From a virus (lineage: Duplodnaviria > Caudoviricetes): DNA of 52,621 bases. Of the stretch, positions 1 to 9,020 are shown one piece after another (within the stretch, counting starts at the first letter, position 1; every line of letters starts with the position of its first letter). The translations under genes were made by a program, and so were the position numbers. The notes below the pieces were generated by a model, which did not search any database, was not told the DNA's origin, and saw only the letters and a list, made by a program, of their open reading frames with translations. The stretch covers positions 1-52,621 of IMG/VR virus record IMGVR_UViG_3300018405_000026; one strand, written 5' to 3'.

Positions 1-121
1 GTAATTTTTTTTCTTTTTCTAACCGATAATGTCTCTCGCCAAACGCTTTTTCTACCTTATCTTCTAGGTGTTCATATGTATTCTTACCAGTTACCCATGT
101 CATTAAATTTTTAGTTAACAT
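1..121 (-). CDS. Hypothetical protein, 5' part, runs off the window start (MLTKNLMTWVTGKNTYEHLEDKVEKAFGERHYRLEKEKK...)
   Basis: GGAGGTGG RBS followed by ATG at 121, overlapping the end of YopX. The frame is open to position 1. Confidence 0.6.
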   Translation of the reverse strand, partial: MLTKNLMTWVTGKNTYEHLEDKVEKAFGERHYRLEKEKKL

Positions 122-483
122 TCTGCCACCTCCAACAATTCTGGGCTTTCGTAAATGTTTCCGATAATCTTCAAGCCCCCGCCAAACCATCTGTTCTTAG
201 GCTTATATCCACCTCTTATTTTGCGTAATCCATTACAGCGTAGACAATCGCCTTCAAATACTACTTCATATCTGTGCCCGTATTCATCTTCTACAATGTC
301 ATTAAAATATACTTCCACTCCGTCTTTGTCATTCAGACCTGTGTACTGCATAAGTTCAACACGCTCAAAAGGCTTTTCGATTTTGCCAAAGTCTAAGTCC
401 ACCAAACCACTCAGCCAATCTATAACCAGCACATCGTGCATTCTTTTTTCATCATAATCCCATGCTCTATATTTAGGTATCAT
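115..483 (-). CDS. YopX family protein
   Basis: Typical YopX motifs: MIPKYRAWD, LMQYTGLNDKDGVEVY and IIGNIYESPELLE. Confidence 0.9.
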   Translation of the reverse strand: MIPKYRAWDYDEKRMHDVLVIDWLSGLVDLDFGKIEKPFERVELMQYTGLNDKDGVEVYFNDIVEDEYGHRYEVVFEGDCLRCNGLRKIRGGYKPKNRWFGGGLKIIGNIYESPELLEVAEC

Positions 484-504
484 CTCGCCACTTCCTACTT
501 TTTT

Positions 505-771
505 CTATGAGATTTTTACATAAACTCTTGTATATTTTTGCTCATTAATTAAATTTTCCCACTCGATGGTACTGCTTGCTTTATATGTAATCAGCTTAAT
601 ATTTTGACGTTCTTTTTCAGCCTTGCTGGACATCTGAATGTTTCCAAATCGTTTCAAGAAGCCAGTTTTGAATTCGGATAAAGTTTCAAAATAAAAAGTG
701 AACTCGTGCTGATACTCCAAACGCCCATTTACATAAGCGCCGTACCCTAGCTTAATCAAAGCCCTTTTCAA
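505..771 (-). CDS. Hypothetical protein
   Basis: 88-aa ORF inside the operon with an AGGAGG RBS and TTG start. Confidence 0.7.
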   Translation of the reverse strand: MKRALIKLGYGAYVNGRLEYQHEFTFYFETLSEFKTGFLKRFGNIQMSSKAEKERQNIKLITYKASSTIEWENLINEQKYTRVYVKIS

Positions 772-781
772 GACATCCCTC

Positions 782-2800
782 CTAGTCTTTCATGTAATAA
801 TCAGTAGCAAAGCCTTCAGCGCCTAGCGGTAGACCTTCAGCCCAATCAGGGATTTCCGACATAATCGCATTCATTTCTTCAATCGTGCGAGTGCCTTTTT
901 TAACTTCGGCCACCGCCTCGTCATGAACGTGAAAGACAATCTCGTAGCCTGCTTCTTCTAGTCTAAGAAGTGCACCTGCTAGTAAATCACGCGCAGTAGC
1001 TTGAACGATGTTCTCGACTAGCTTTCCTCCGTATGTATCCTGCTTTTCGAAGTAAACTTTCTGGCCTTGACCTTCATAGGTGATTTTAGGCCTTTCCCAC
1101 TTATCTAATTCCAATTTAGGACGTGCGTAGCTTAGCGTTCGTCCACTAGGCAGTTGAATAAATAAGAATCCCGCTTTTCTAAAATATCGTAATCCTTTTG
1201 GCCCTCTAACCACACCGCCTTTTTCTAACGCTTGAATAACGCGCCTCTGCGTGTCGTACCAAAACTTAACAATCTTGCTATTCGCTTTACGCCACGTATC
1301 AACCAACGGCTGCAACTCTTCCTCGTTGATGCCCTGTTCCAAGGCACCCATCGAGATAAGCGAGCCAACGCCCCCTTGATAACCAAGTGCTAAAGTAGCA
1401 ACTTTCCCACGTTGTCGCATGTCGCTTGAAACTTTATCCACGCCGCCGAGATTAAACATCTGATCAGCAGTCGCTTCATAAATCTTGCCATGTTCACGGA
1501 ACGCATCAAGCACCCACTCCTCGTTCGCATACCAAGCAATTACGCGTGCTTCAATCGCGCTAAAGTCACTGATATGTAACTCGTAACCATCTTTAGCTAC
1601 AATACTCGTGCGAATTAACTGCTTTAACACGTCTGGTACATCGTCATAAACCATTTCCATCGCTTCCAAATCGCCAGCTTTAACTAAGTGACGAGCAGTG
1701 TCCAAGGTTTTCATGTAATTTCGAGGCAGGTTCTGGACTTGGATTAAACGTCCTGCATAACGACCTGTACGTGAAGCGCCATAAAATTGTAAAATGCCAT
1801 GCATTCGACCATCGGTATGTGTCGCGTCGCGCATCATGATGTATTTCTTCGTTGAGGAATTAGCGAGCTGTAATCGTAGCTCAATTGCTTTTTTCACATC
1901 ACCTTTAACGATGTTGTTGTCTAAGTAACCTTCTAATATTCCTTTGGCTAACGTATCAACAGGAAAATTCTGAGAATGAAACCACTCTTTCAATTGCGCC
2001 GGAGAGTTCGGATTTTCTAGACCTGTTAAAGCTTTTAATTCGGCCATCGTTTCTTCTCTCAGTGCTGCATCCATTTCAATTGCTGCTTCAGCCAAATCTG
2101 TATCAATCTTCACGCCTAAGTCATGCATTCTTTGGTCTTGGTGGTACAGCTCCCACTCCGAATCAGGCATAGGCAAAATGCCGATTCTATCGTCAATTGC
2201 CATCTCAACCACCACGTCTTGGCCACAGTACTGCATAAAGTTCTCCCAGCGTTCAGAATCATGTTCAGGCAAGTTGCGAGTTCTCATGCCATTCGCCTTA
2301 GTCGGCTTACAAGGTTTAGAGAAATAATTAATCAAATGCGTACCTGCTGTATCTTTTTGTTCTTCAATAGATAGATACTCCGCACATTTACCTAGCGAGG
2401 CAGGCAAGCCTAGTTCCATTGCTTGGACCATCGTACATTGCCACTGCGTCGGATCTAATTGTTTGCCGAAATATTTAGACAGCGCCACGCGCTCAAACTG
2501 CGCGTTGTAGGCTTTTTTCAAAACATCAGGACTTAATATCAACTCTCTAATGTACTGCGGTAAATCGGACTTAGTGAGGTCCCAGACCTCTACTGGACCA
2601 CCATCAATTGAAAAAGCAAATATTAACACTTGAAAATTTGGAGTATCGACGTATTTATAAACGCCCATCTTAATGTTGTTATCAGAATATGTTTCAATAT
2701 CAATCGACATTTTTTTAAGCTTGTTACGTCTTAACCATTCAAAGTAATAACCTGTGTCAAATGTAGGATGTGCCGTGCGCTGCACGATAACCTCCGTCAT
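782..2800 (-). CDS. Phage family A DNA polymerase with 3'-5' exonuclease
   Basis: ExoI IDIET, motif A DFSAIEAR, motif B RQRGKVATLALGY and motif C HVHDE. AGGAGG RBS upstream. Confidence 0.95.
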   Translation of the reverse strand: MTEVIVQRTAHPTFDTGYYFEWLRRNKLKKMSIDIETYSDNNIKMGVYKYVDTPNFQVLIFAFSIDGGPVEVWDLTKSDLPQYIRELILSPDVLKKAYNAQFERVALSKYFGKQLDPTQWQCTMVQAMELGLPASLGKCAEYLSIEEQKDTAGTHLINYFSKPCKPTKANGMRTRNLPEHDSERWENFMQYCGQDVVVEMAIDDRIGILPMPDSEWELYHQDQRMHDLGVKIDTDLAEAAIEMDAALREETMAELKALTGLENPNSPAQLKEWFHSQNFPVDTLAKGILEGYLDNNIVKGDVKKAIELRLQLANSSTKKYIMMRDATHTDGRMHGILQFYGASRTGRYAGRLIQVQNLPRNYMKTLDTARHLVKAGDLEAMEMVYDDVPDVLKQLIRTSIVAKDGYELHISDFSAIEARVIAWYANEEWVLDAFREHGKIYEATADQMFNLGGVDKVSSDMRQRGKVATLALGYQGGVGSLISMGALEQGINEEELQPLVDTWRKANSKIVKFWYDTQRRVIQALEKGGVVRGPKGLRYFRKAGFLFIQLPSGRTLSYARPKLELDKWERPKITYEGQGQKVYFEKQDTYGGKLVENIVQATARDLLAGALLRLEEAGYEIVFHVHDEAVAEVKKGTRTIEEMNAIMSEIPDWAEGLPLGAEGFATDYYMKD

Positions 2801-2853
2801 AGTTAAACCTCCTAGTATTTAAAGAAAGGGGCTAAAGCGCCCCATATTCAGCC

Positions 2854-3429
2854 TTAAATCAAATCGTCTAAATCTTCATCTAATTCTTCTACTTCGAAAT
2901 CTTCAAAATCTGATTCAGCAGAAGCACGTCCACCCAAGTAATCGCCGTGGCCAAGTGACATTACGTTGTTTAAACCGGCCGTAACCCCTCTATTGCCCGC
3001 AGTGTTATATGCGTAGAAATTCACGGATACGTGAGCAAATACACCTGAGTAGATATCATCTTGACTGTCTGTTTTCTTTTTGTATTTATCTAAAAGACCT
3101 GGCTTTTGAGCGCTGTTCACATTCATAAACATGTGGCCCTCGAACTCCGGATTAGCTTCTAAGTCCAATTCTTCGTCCGCGTCTCGTAACGTAATTTTCA
3201 AGCGGTCACGCTTTACACCTTTTAAATGAGTAGCTTTACCAGCTTCATAAGCAGCGTCAATCGCGCGTTCAATTCGAGCTAAATTCTTTTTATCGTCTTT
3301 AGGAATCAGAATCATGCATGAGTATTTAGGATCTTGACCTTCTTGTATAGCTTTTGGCTCTAGTAAAGCGACGTATGATAAGCGAACATTTTGTAAGACT
3401 ACTTTTGTATTTGATGGTTTGTTTGACAT
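2854..3429 (-). CDS. Single-stranded DNA-binding protein (DUF2815, T7 gp2.5-like)
   Basis: VRLSYV...KYS..LIPKDD and [22 protein letters not shown] motifs, acidic tail, next to the polymerase. Confidence 0.9.
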   Translation of the reverse strand: MSNKPSNTKVVLQNVRLSYVALLEPKAIQEGQDPKYSCMILIPKDDKKNLARIERAIDAAYEAGKATHLKGVKRDRLKITLRDADEELDLEANPEFEGHMFMNVNSAQKPGLLDKYKKKTDSQDDIYSGVFAHVSVNFYAYNTAGNRGVTAGLNNVMSLGHGDYLGGRASAESDFEDFEVEELDEDLDDLI

Positions 3430-3450
3430 AATAAATTCCTCTTTTCGTTT

Positions 3451-3735
3451 TTATAAGTTTTTAAAATCTTCTTCTGCACTTTTTTCTGACAAGTCTTTAA
3501 GAGTTTTCATGTAAAGTAAATTTTCATCAAAACCTTTAGCGGCGTACCACTTATACAAGTTGCGAGCATAATTTGCGTCAATATCTCGGATATCAATACT
3601 TCTGCTACTTGAGACTGGGTGAGAGAAATATTCTTTCTCTTGCTGTTCTTTCGATACATCAGTGAACTCCGCATAATAAGCTTCGAAGTCTTCAAGTTCC
3701 CAAGCGTCATAGCCCATATCTTCAGCCCAACTCAC
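3451..3735 (-). CDS. Hypothetical protein
   Basis: 94-aa ORF with GAGGT RBS inside the operon. Confidence 0.7.
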   Translation of the reverse strand: MSWAEDMGYDAWELEDFEAYYAEFTDVSKEQQEKEYFSHPVSSSRSIDIRDIDANYARNLYKWYAAKGFDENLLYMKTLKDLSEKSAEEDFKNL

Positions 3736-3752
3736 AGCTACACCTCTTTCCC

Positions 3753-4931
3753 CTATAACTCGGCGAAATCGTCTTGTGCAGACTCCTCACTATTAATTGC
3801 TGGACGTTTGTCTTTAGCAGGAGCTAATACAGGTTTACCTGCTGGCTTGATAATCAAGTCATCTGCAATTTTGGCGAAATTCGCCTTACCGACAACTTTT
3901 TCTAATGCGCCTAAAGCGAGCAATTCTTTTGGCTTCAGAATCTTATCCGCTTCGTAGCCTTCCATCATCAAGCGAACTTCTAGCTCACTTTTATCTGTAA
4001 TTACACGATTGCTGCGACCTTCAACCAATTTCCAACCAGGAATCACTTTACCTTGCAATGCTGAATGCAATGCATAATTCTCAACATCATCTAACCAACT
4101 TTTGATTTCTTTTGCTTGGGCTAAAATCTCTGCTATTTCTTCATCATCTAACAACGCATTTTCCTTAAAGTCGTACTTCTCGATAATTTCAAAGTTCTTC
4201 TCTGCTCTCGGACGCAGCGTAGCCCTAACTGGACTGAAGCGCAGCACATCAGCTTTTAAATTCCATTCGCCAATACCTTCAAAAGCATAAACGGCACGAG
4301 GTGCGACGTAGTTATTCGCCCAGTAAAGCAACTCTTCAACTTCAATCTCAAACGTTGACACATTATCTAATCTCGGCTGAACAATCGTCATGCGGATGCG
4401 ATCAAAATCGTACAGCAAGTCGTAACGATCATAAGCACCTAACGCATATAACATTAATTGCGGATTCTGATAGGCGTCAACTGGGACTCCTTTTCCATAC
4501 TTCAAATCAATCACTTCGATTACGCCGTCGGAGATAATCACGACGTCGGACGTGCCAAAGCTGTCAGGCACCCACTTGCTAATATCGACCTGCACCTCTA
4601 ACTCCATACGCGCATTCTCGTACGCGTTGAAATGTTCAATTACCAAATCTGCATACTGTCCTGTGAAATCTTCCATTTCTTGGTTGTAATACGTGAGATT
4701 GTCAATCACTTCGTCACGCTTCGCTTCGTAATCTTCAAACGGATTAAGGAAGTGCTGAAGCTTAAATTCAGCTAATGTATGCGCGTCAGTCCCTTCTATT
4801 GTGTACGCTGTATCTTTACGCGGAACATCGGTTTCCAACTGTACAATCGGCGGAACGGCCATCCATCGTACAGCACTTGACGGACCAAGATAGGCGTGCT
4901 TCGTCGGACCAAATTCTTCTGCCATAGCCAT
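3753..4931 (-). CDS. Cas4-like PD-(D/E)XK exonuclease (DUF2800)
   Basis: HAYLGPSSA, EGTDAH, FGTSD, VIDLKYGKG, NPQLMLYALG and KLVEGRS motifs. Start moved to the ATG following the upstream stop. Confidence 0.9.
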   Translation of the reverse strand: MAMAEEFGPTKHAYLGPSSAVRWMAVPPIVQLETDVPRKDTAYTIEGTDAHTLAEFKLQHFLNPFEDYEAKRDEVIDNLTYYNQEMEDFTGQYADLVIEHFNAYENARMELEVQVDISKWVPDSFGTSDVVIISDGVIEVIDLKYGKGVPVDAYQNPQLMLYALGAYDRYDLLYDFDRIRMTIVQPRLDNVSTFEIEVEELLYWANNYVAPRAVYAFEGIGEWNLKADVLRFSPVRATLRPRAEKNFEIIEKYDFKENALLDDEEIAEILAQAKEIKSWLDDVENYALHSALQGKVIPGWKLVEGRSNRVITDKSELEVRLMMEGYEADKILKPKELLALGALEKVVGKANFAKIADDLIIKPAGKPVLAPAKDKRPAINSEESAQDDFAEL

Positions 4932-4932
4932 G

Positions 4933-5535
4933 TTAGTTCCCACCTTTTTCAATAAGTAACAAGCCTTCGTAAAACTCCGCGTAGTGTTTCTCGTCCATTT
5001 GACCGAATTTAGCTACATCGAATCGTGCTAATAAAGCTGTTAACTCTGCTTTAACTGCGCCGTTAGCTCTCAAAAGATCACCCATCTTAGTTACGATAGT
5101 AGACTTGTCCACAGGCTCAACATTCTCAACTGGGAAATTAGTTTCAGTTGTCGTTTTTACTTCATCTTGAGCAGCCTCCCACGCAGCTTTGCTAGCGAAC
5201 ACTTGCGCTTCATCCGGAATCTCTTGCCCTTTACGTGAGCTGCCAAAATCTTCGCCTAGTAACCAATACGTCATCTTAGTCGCAATATTATCTTCAACTT
5301 CTTCGGATTCTTCTTTAACGCTGTCCTCAACTTTAATTTCAGAAGCTTTTTCCTCTGGTTTAGGTTCAGCAGCCTTTTCGATGATCTTGTCAACAGTTTT
5401 TTCTATTGTTTTTTCGTCTTTAACCTCGACTACATTGTTCTCGACTTGTTGGCCAACCCCGAAAGATTCAACCAAGCCATCTAACTTCTCTTTCAATTCC
5501 GTTGCGTTATCTGCGATAATTTCAATTTTAAACAT
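4933..5535 (-). CDS. Acidic hypothetical protein preceding DUF2800
   Basis: 200 aa, Glu/Lys-rich linker and a C-terminal helical bundle. AGGAGG RBS. Confidence 0.8.
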   Translation of the reverse strand: MFKIEIIADNATELKEKLDGLVESFGVGQQVENNVVEVKDEKTIEKTVDKIIEKAAEPKPEEKASEIKVEDSVKEESEEVEDNIATKMTYWLLGEDFGSSRKGQEIPDEAQVFASKAAWEAAQDEVKTTTETNFPVENVEPVDKSTIVTKMGDLLRANGAVKAELTALLARFDVAKFGQMDEKHYAEFYEGLLLIEKGGN

Positions 5536-6304
5536 GTAATTTTCCTCCTAAATGATTCAAACGAATTGTAGCTAACATATACTCAAAGTCATCAGCCATT
5601 AAGCCAATTGGCCTTACAGGCGCTGTAAATTTCAACTCAACTGTTTCATGGCCTAAATCTCTGGCCAATTTCAAAGCGTCATAGAAATACTTAGTGTTAA
5701 TACCAAACTCGAAATCTTCTTCGAATAAAAATCCAGATTCGTAAACAGCTTCAGTAATCAAGCTATCCTTACCTAATGGCCTGATATTTATTTCGCCTAA
5801 AACCGAGAATTTTAAAGCTACAGCATTTGACTCTTTCAGAAACGGATAGAGCATATCCATAAACGGACCTGTCTCCAGCGTCCCTGCTGCAACACCAGCG
5901 TTTTTAACATTTCGGTCTAATAGTTTAACCATTTGTTCCGTTGCCTTCCCTTTCTCGCCAACACTATAATCGACTTTATCTAAGTGCATCGTTTCTTCTA
6001 GGGTGATTCTGGCCACACGGTAGAATGAACCAAATATGACTTGGTCAATGTCGACCATACGAACACCTCTGAAATTCTCTTTGCGATTTTCATACGCTTC
6101 ATGAGTGTCCATTAAAACTAAATTTTCTTTTTCTCTAACTTCGTTTTCTTGGATTTTAGCTAACCGTCTCTCTCGCTGCTTTTCGGTTTCGCCTTCAACT
6201 TCTTTCGGAACCTTCAATTTCTTTTTCAAGCCTGCAGCCTTTTTAAACTTTAATTCCTCAAAGGAACTATGATGCGCCTGGATTATTTTAGAATTATTTG
6301 CCAT
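5528..6304 (-). CDS. DNA polymerase III beta-clamp-like protein (partial DnaN fold)
   Basis: C-terminus FGINTKYFYDALK...VELKFTAPVRPI...EYMLATIRL resembles the last domain of DnaN. LMDTHE resembles the DnaN ATDSHR motif. Confidence 0.65.
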   Translation of the reverse strand: MANNSKIIQAHHSSFEELKFKKAAGLKKKLKVPKEVEGETEKQRERRLAKIQENEVREKENLVLMDTHEAYENRKENFRGVRMVDIDQVIFGSFYRVARITLEETMHLDKVDYSVGEKGKATEQMVKLLDRNVKNAGVAAGTLETGPFMDMLYPFLKESNAVALKFSVLGEINIRPLGKDSLITEAVYESGFLFEEDFEFGINTKYFYDALKLARDLGHETVELKFTAPVRPIGLMADDFEYMLATIRLNHLGGKLHV

Positions 6305-6306
6305 TT

Positions 6307-6317
6307 TGTGGTATACT
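6307..6317 (+). promoter_or_regulatory. Extended -10 promoter (TGTGgTATACT), antisense to the lytic operon
   Basis: Matches the Gram-positive TRTG-n-TATAxT consensus and overlaps the RBS of the clamp-like gene on the other strand. Confidence 0.55.
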
Positions 6318-6340
6318 CCTCTCAGATAGATTTAACATTG

Positions 6341-6369
6341 AGACTGCCTCTGCAAAGGTAGTCTTTTTT
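6341..6369 (+). terminator. Intrinsic terminator
   Basis: AGACTGCCT-ctgcaa-AGGTAGTCT hairpin followed by a T run. Confidence 0.75.
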
Positions 6370-6385
6370 ACGTCCTGCAATTTCC

Positions 6386-6574
6386 TCACCTCCCTTCATT
6401 TGTCTGTTTAGCGCGGTCTACTTCGCGCTCCCATCCTTCCAAATAATCGTTATACCGTTTATGTAATTTTGCCTTTAAAGCCGGATGCGCCCTCAAGTAC
6501 CGATTGCGGTCCAAGTTGACTTGCGTTAAAGACAGCCAATTTTCAAATGACAAAGGTTTTACGTTTTCTAACAT
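6386..6574 (-). CDS. Hypothetical protein
   Basis: 62-aa ORF coupled to the upstream gene. Confidence 0.65.
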   Translation of the reverse strand: MLENVKPLSFENWLSLTQVNLDRNRYLRAHPALKAKLHKRYNDYLEGWEREVDRAKQTNEGR

Positions 6575-7176
6575 GTCACATCCCCCAAATCTTCATTGAA
6601 CTGATAGCCAATGTGGTATATTTTTATGAAACGATCATGCTTCACTTTGTGTGTCATAGTCTTCAGCCACTTAACGTGATTGAAAGATACTTTTAGCTGC
6701 TCAGCAATTTCAGTAAGTGAGCCTTGTGCTAGCAAACGGCCATCTTTATAAGCTCCATACACTTTTCTGTTGTTTAAGTTAATGCTGTTTGGTGCTACCT
6801 TGTAGGTTTTATACAAATCTGTTTCGATGTCTGAAATTGGTAAATCTCGCTTGATAACTAGTCCATCTTTCAACAAGTGGTAATATCTTGGTTCTGTAAT
6901 GCCTAGATACTTAATGAATAAATCTTTTGGACCTTCGAACATCAGCTTGCCATCCGCCGTGTAATAGGCGTATTTAATAGAAAAATCTATATCAAAGTAT
7001 TCTTTAATTAATCTCATACTATAGGAACCCACCACGCCACCTTTTTCCCAGTTGAATACACTACTTACACCAATCTCTTCAGCTAATACTTGCCTTGAAA
7101 TGTTCCATTCTTCACGGTACTCTTTTAGGAATTTAGGTAAATCTCGGTTGTAAAGACTTGTTTCTTGGAATTCCAT
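6568..7176 (-). CDS. XRE-type HTH DNA-binding protein with additional small domains
   Basis: N-terminal LKEYREEWNISRQVLAEEIGVSSVFNWEKG. Two later segments of the form YxxxxDGxLxxxG... Confidence 0.75.
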   Translation of the reverse strand: MEFQETSLYNRDLPKFLKEYREEWNISRQVLAEEIGVSSVFNWEKGGVVGSYSMRLIKEYFDIDFSIKYAYYTADGKLMFEGPKDLFIKYLGITEPRYYHLLKDGLVIKRDLPISDIETDLYKTYKVAPNSINLNNRKVYGAYKDGRLLAQGSLTEIAEQLKVSFNHVKWLKTMTHKVKHDRFIKIYHIGYQFNEDLGDVTC

Positions 7177-7616
7177 TTCATCACCAACTTTTTAATAAGT
7201 AATAAATTGCGTATAAAAAAGTACCTACTAATGTACCTGCGCAGATAATCGCTGTGAACTTTGTTACGCAGCTGTTGTTGTCGTTCATTTTTATCCCTCC
7301 TATATATATTCCGCTCAAACAAATCAGCACCAACCTCAAAATTATCTGGTAGCGGATAGAAATCTTTCTTAAACTCAATCCCATCTCTCGACACTGTGAA
7401 TGAATCACCATCTGAATCAATGATGTTAAACTCGCAATGCAAATATTGCGGATATGGATAATCAAACTCAGTTGATTTAGTCGCATATCGAGCTACTGCT
7501 TCTTGAACGATGCCATGTTTGAAATTAGCTATTCGACCTAAGTACACGACTTTAATTGATTCGCTATTTATAAATTGACTTCTGACCAAGTCTTGGACTT
7601 GCTTAAGTGTTTTCAT
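7125..7616 (-). CDS. Hypothetical protein (3' end possibly extended by a TA-tract slip)
   Basis: 163-aa ORF whose last third overlaps two other genes. Confidence 0.6.
   Translation of the reverse strand: MKTLKQVQDLVRSQFINSESIKVVYLGRIANFKHGIVQEAVARYATKSTEFDYPYPQYLHCEFNIIDSDGDSFTVSRDGIEFKKDFYPLPDNFEVGADLFERNIYRRDKNERQQQLRNKVHSDYLRRYISRYFFIRNLLLIKKLVMKWNSKKQVFTTEIYLNS
7181..7288 (-). CDS. Small membrane protein (35 aa)
   Basis: AGGAGGG RBS, then MNDNNSCVTKFTAIICAGTLVGTFLYAIYYLLKSW with one hydrophobic helix. Confidence 0.6.
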   Translation of the reverse strand: MNDNNSCVTKFTAIICAGTLVGTFLYAIYYLLKSW

Positions 7617-7620
7617 TTAC

Positions 7621-7809
7621 TCACCTACCTATTACATATTGAAAAATCTCCACATATGCGTTCCTGTCCAGTCCAGTATTCTGATACACTCGTTGCTGGC
7701 AGAACGCTGTAATGGATAGAAACAAGACGCAGAATATAACTACCGACAGAACCGATTGGATTAATACTTTCGCCGTTTTCTTCCACACTCTCCAATCAAA
7801 CATCATCAT
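7621..7809 (-). CDS. Small membrane protein
   Basis: 62 aa with a hydrophobic stretch. GAGGAG RBS. Confidence 0.65.
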   Translation of the reverse strand: MMMFDWRVWKKTAKVLIQSVLSVVIFCVLFLSITAFCQQRVYQNTGLDRNAYVEIFQYVIGR

Positions 7810-8050
7810 AATGTCGCTCCTCTATTGAAGTTTGGGCAAACTTAACTAGCAAGTGAAATATCTGTCTAAGCCTCTCCTCGTCTATCATGTTGCTGTGATA
7901 TTCCGTACTCATTGCGCACACTTCACGCCTAACCACTGAAGCGACTATCCAATTAATTGGGCCATCATCAATGATGTAGTCAGTTGATGTACGATTAGCA
8001 ACTTTGAAACCTAGGTCCTCAACTTCACTTTTAAATTCTGCATACCTCAC
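7796..8050 (-). CDS. Hypothetical phage protein
   Basis: 84 aa, coupled to neighbours, ends ...VKFAQTSIEER. Confidence 0.7.
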   Translation of the reverse strand: MRYAEFKSEVEDLGFKVANRTSTDYIIDDGPINWIVASVVRREVCAMSTEYHSNMIDEERLRQIFHLLVKFAQTSIEERHYDDV

Positions 8051-8199
8051 GCTCTCACCGCCAAACTGAAGCCTTTACGTGGTTCAAAATAAATGTGATG
8101 ACCAGTCAACTCGTCAGTGGCAAAAAAATGATAGTTATCTGGAACCGACTCGACTACTTCGGCAGTGCCGTAATAACCCTCATACCAATTTGTTATCAT
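8047..8199 (-). CDS. Hypothetical protein (50 aa, below the ORF track cutoff)
   Basis: AGGAGGT RBS, MITNWYEGYYGTAEVV...LAVRA, with GTGA overlap into the next gene. Confidence 0.6.
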   Translation of the reverse strand: MITNWYEGYYGTAEVVESVPDNYHFFATDELTGHHIYFEPRKGFSLAVRA

Positions 8200-8201
8200 C
8201 T

Positions 8202-8528
8202 TTATTTACCTCCTAGGATGTTGACAAAGTTATCTTCTAAGAACTGTTTTGTTTTCGTGGCCAAGAATAAATAACCACTCTTACCGCCTGTTGGATATTT
8301 GACGAAACCACCTTCATCGATATCAATTCTACGTTTGTATTTTGGGACTTCTAAAATCGTATCTTTTAACCATCGTTCACTGCGATTAGTTCGCTCACAC
8401 ACTTCTTTTAACGTCCACCAAGTCCCGACGTCATTATCTTTAAGCAGATCGTTGTAATCGGCTGTTAGAAGCAAGGTGTATTCAGGCGGTATGCTGATCA
8501 ACACTTCTGCTTTTAATTTTTGCTCCAT
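8202..8528 (-). CDS. DUF771-like DNA-binding protein (possible excisionase)
   Basis: WWTLKEVCERTNRSERWLKDTIL...GGFVKYP...YLFLATKTKQFLEDNF pattern. Confidence 0.75.
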   Translation of the reverse strand: MEQKLKAEVLISIPPEYTLLLTADYNDLLKDNDVGTWWTLKEVCERTNRSERWLKDTILEVPKYKRRIDIDEGGFVKYPTGGKSGYLFLATKTKQFLEDNFVNILGGK

Positions 8529-8543
8529 GATGCACCTCCTACT

Positions 8544-9020
8544 TTACTCGTTGGACTCTAATTCAATAATTTTAAGAATGGCTGGTGTCGGTGTTAAATC
8601 TGAAGCAGAAAACGCAACATAACTAATGTTCTCGATGAACCTGATTGCTGTTTCATATTCTTCTCTTTTTATCGCTGTATATCTCACCACGTTCATTCGG
8701 TTTTTTAACTTCGTGTGAATTCTTCGGGTAAATAACCCTTTCCAAGCTTTGAATAGGTTATCGCTATATTTTCTACCGTCTAAATGCTCTCTAGCTAAAT
8801 CAGTTGACAACTTCCAAATGATTGATTGAATTACTTTTTGCTCTTCATAATTGATCGTGATTTCTTTAGAAACTTTATCTACCATCGAAATTAGACGCTG
8901 TTCAGTTTCTTTAACGCTTTGTTTGATGTTTCGCATCTCTTTGATAATTGCTAACTGAGTCAATGCGCTTTGTTCTGCTTGATCTAACTCGTAATTGTTA
9001 TATCTCATCATTTCAGTCAT
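8544..9020 (-). CDS. ORF6C-domain antirepressor-like protein
   Basis: INYEEQKVIQ...LKNRMNVVRYTAIKREEYETAIRFI pattern. Confidence 0.75.
   Translation of the reverse strand: MTEMMRYNNYELDQAEQSALTQLAIIKEMRNIKQSVKETEQRLISMVDKVSKEITINYEEQKVIQSIIWKLSTDLAREHLDGRKYSDNLFKAWKGLFTRRIHTKLKNRMNVVRYTAIKREEYETAIRFIENISYVAFSASDLTPTPAILKIIELESNE

Noticed and set aside
782-2800. Intein or intron in the polymerase (terminase also checked)
   Set aside because: Lengths and motif spacing are normal. Only a ~30-aa N-terminal extension was noted in the polymerase.
2822-2843. Terminator between SSB and polymerase
   Set aside because: Only a 4-5 bp stem (GGGC/GCCC) with an interrupted U tract, too weak to call.
3753-4931. 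Cas4 as evidence of a CRISPR-Cas system
   Set aside because: It is a DUF2800-type exonuclease in its usual exonuclease-SSB-polymerase context, with no other cas genes.
7181-7486. 101-aa ORF as given in the track
   Set aside because: Its 5' part overlaps the 163-aa gene out of frame. Only the last 35 codons have a good RBS.
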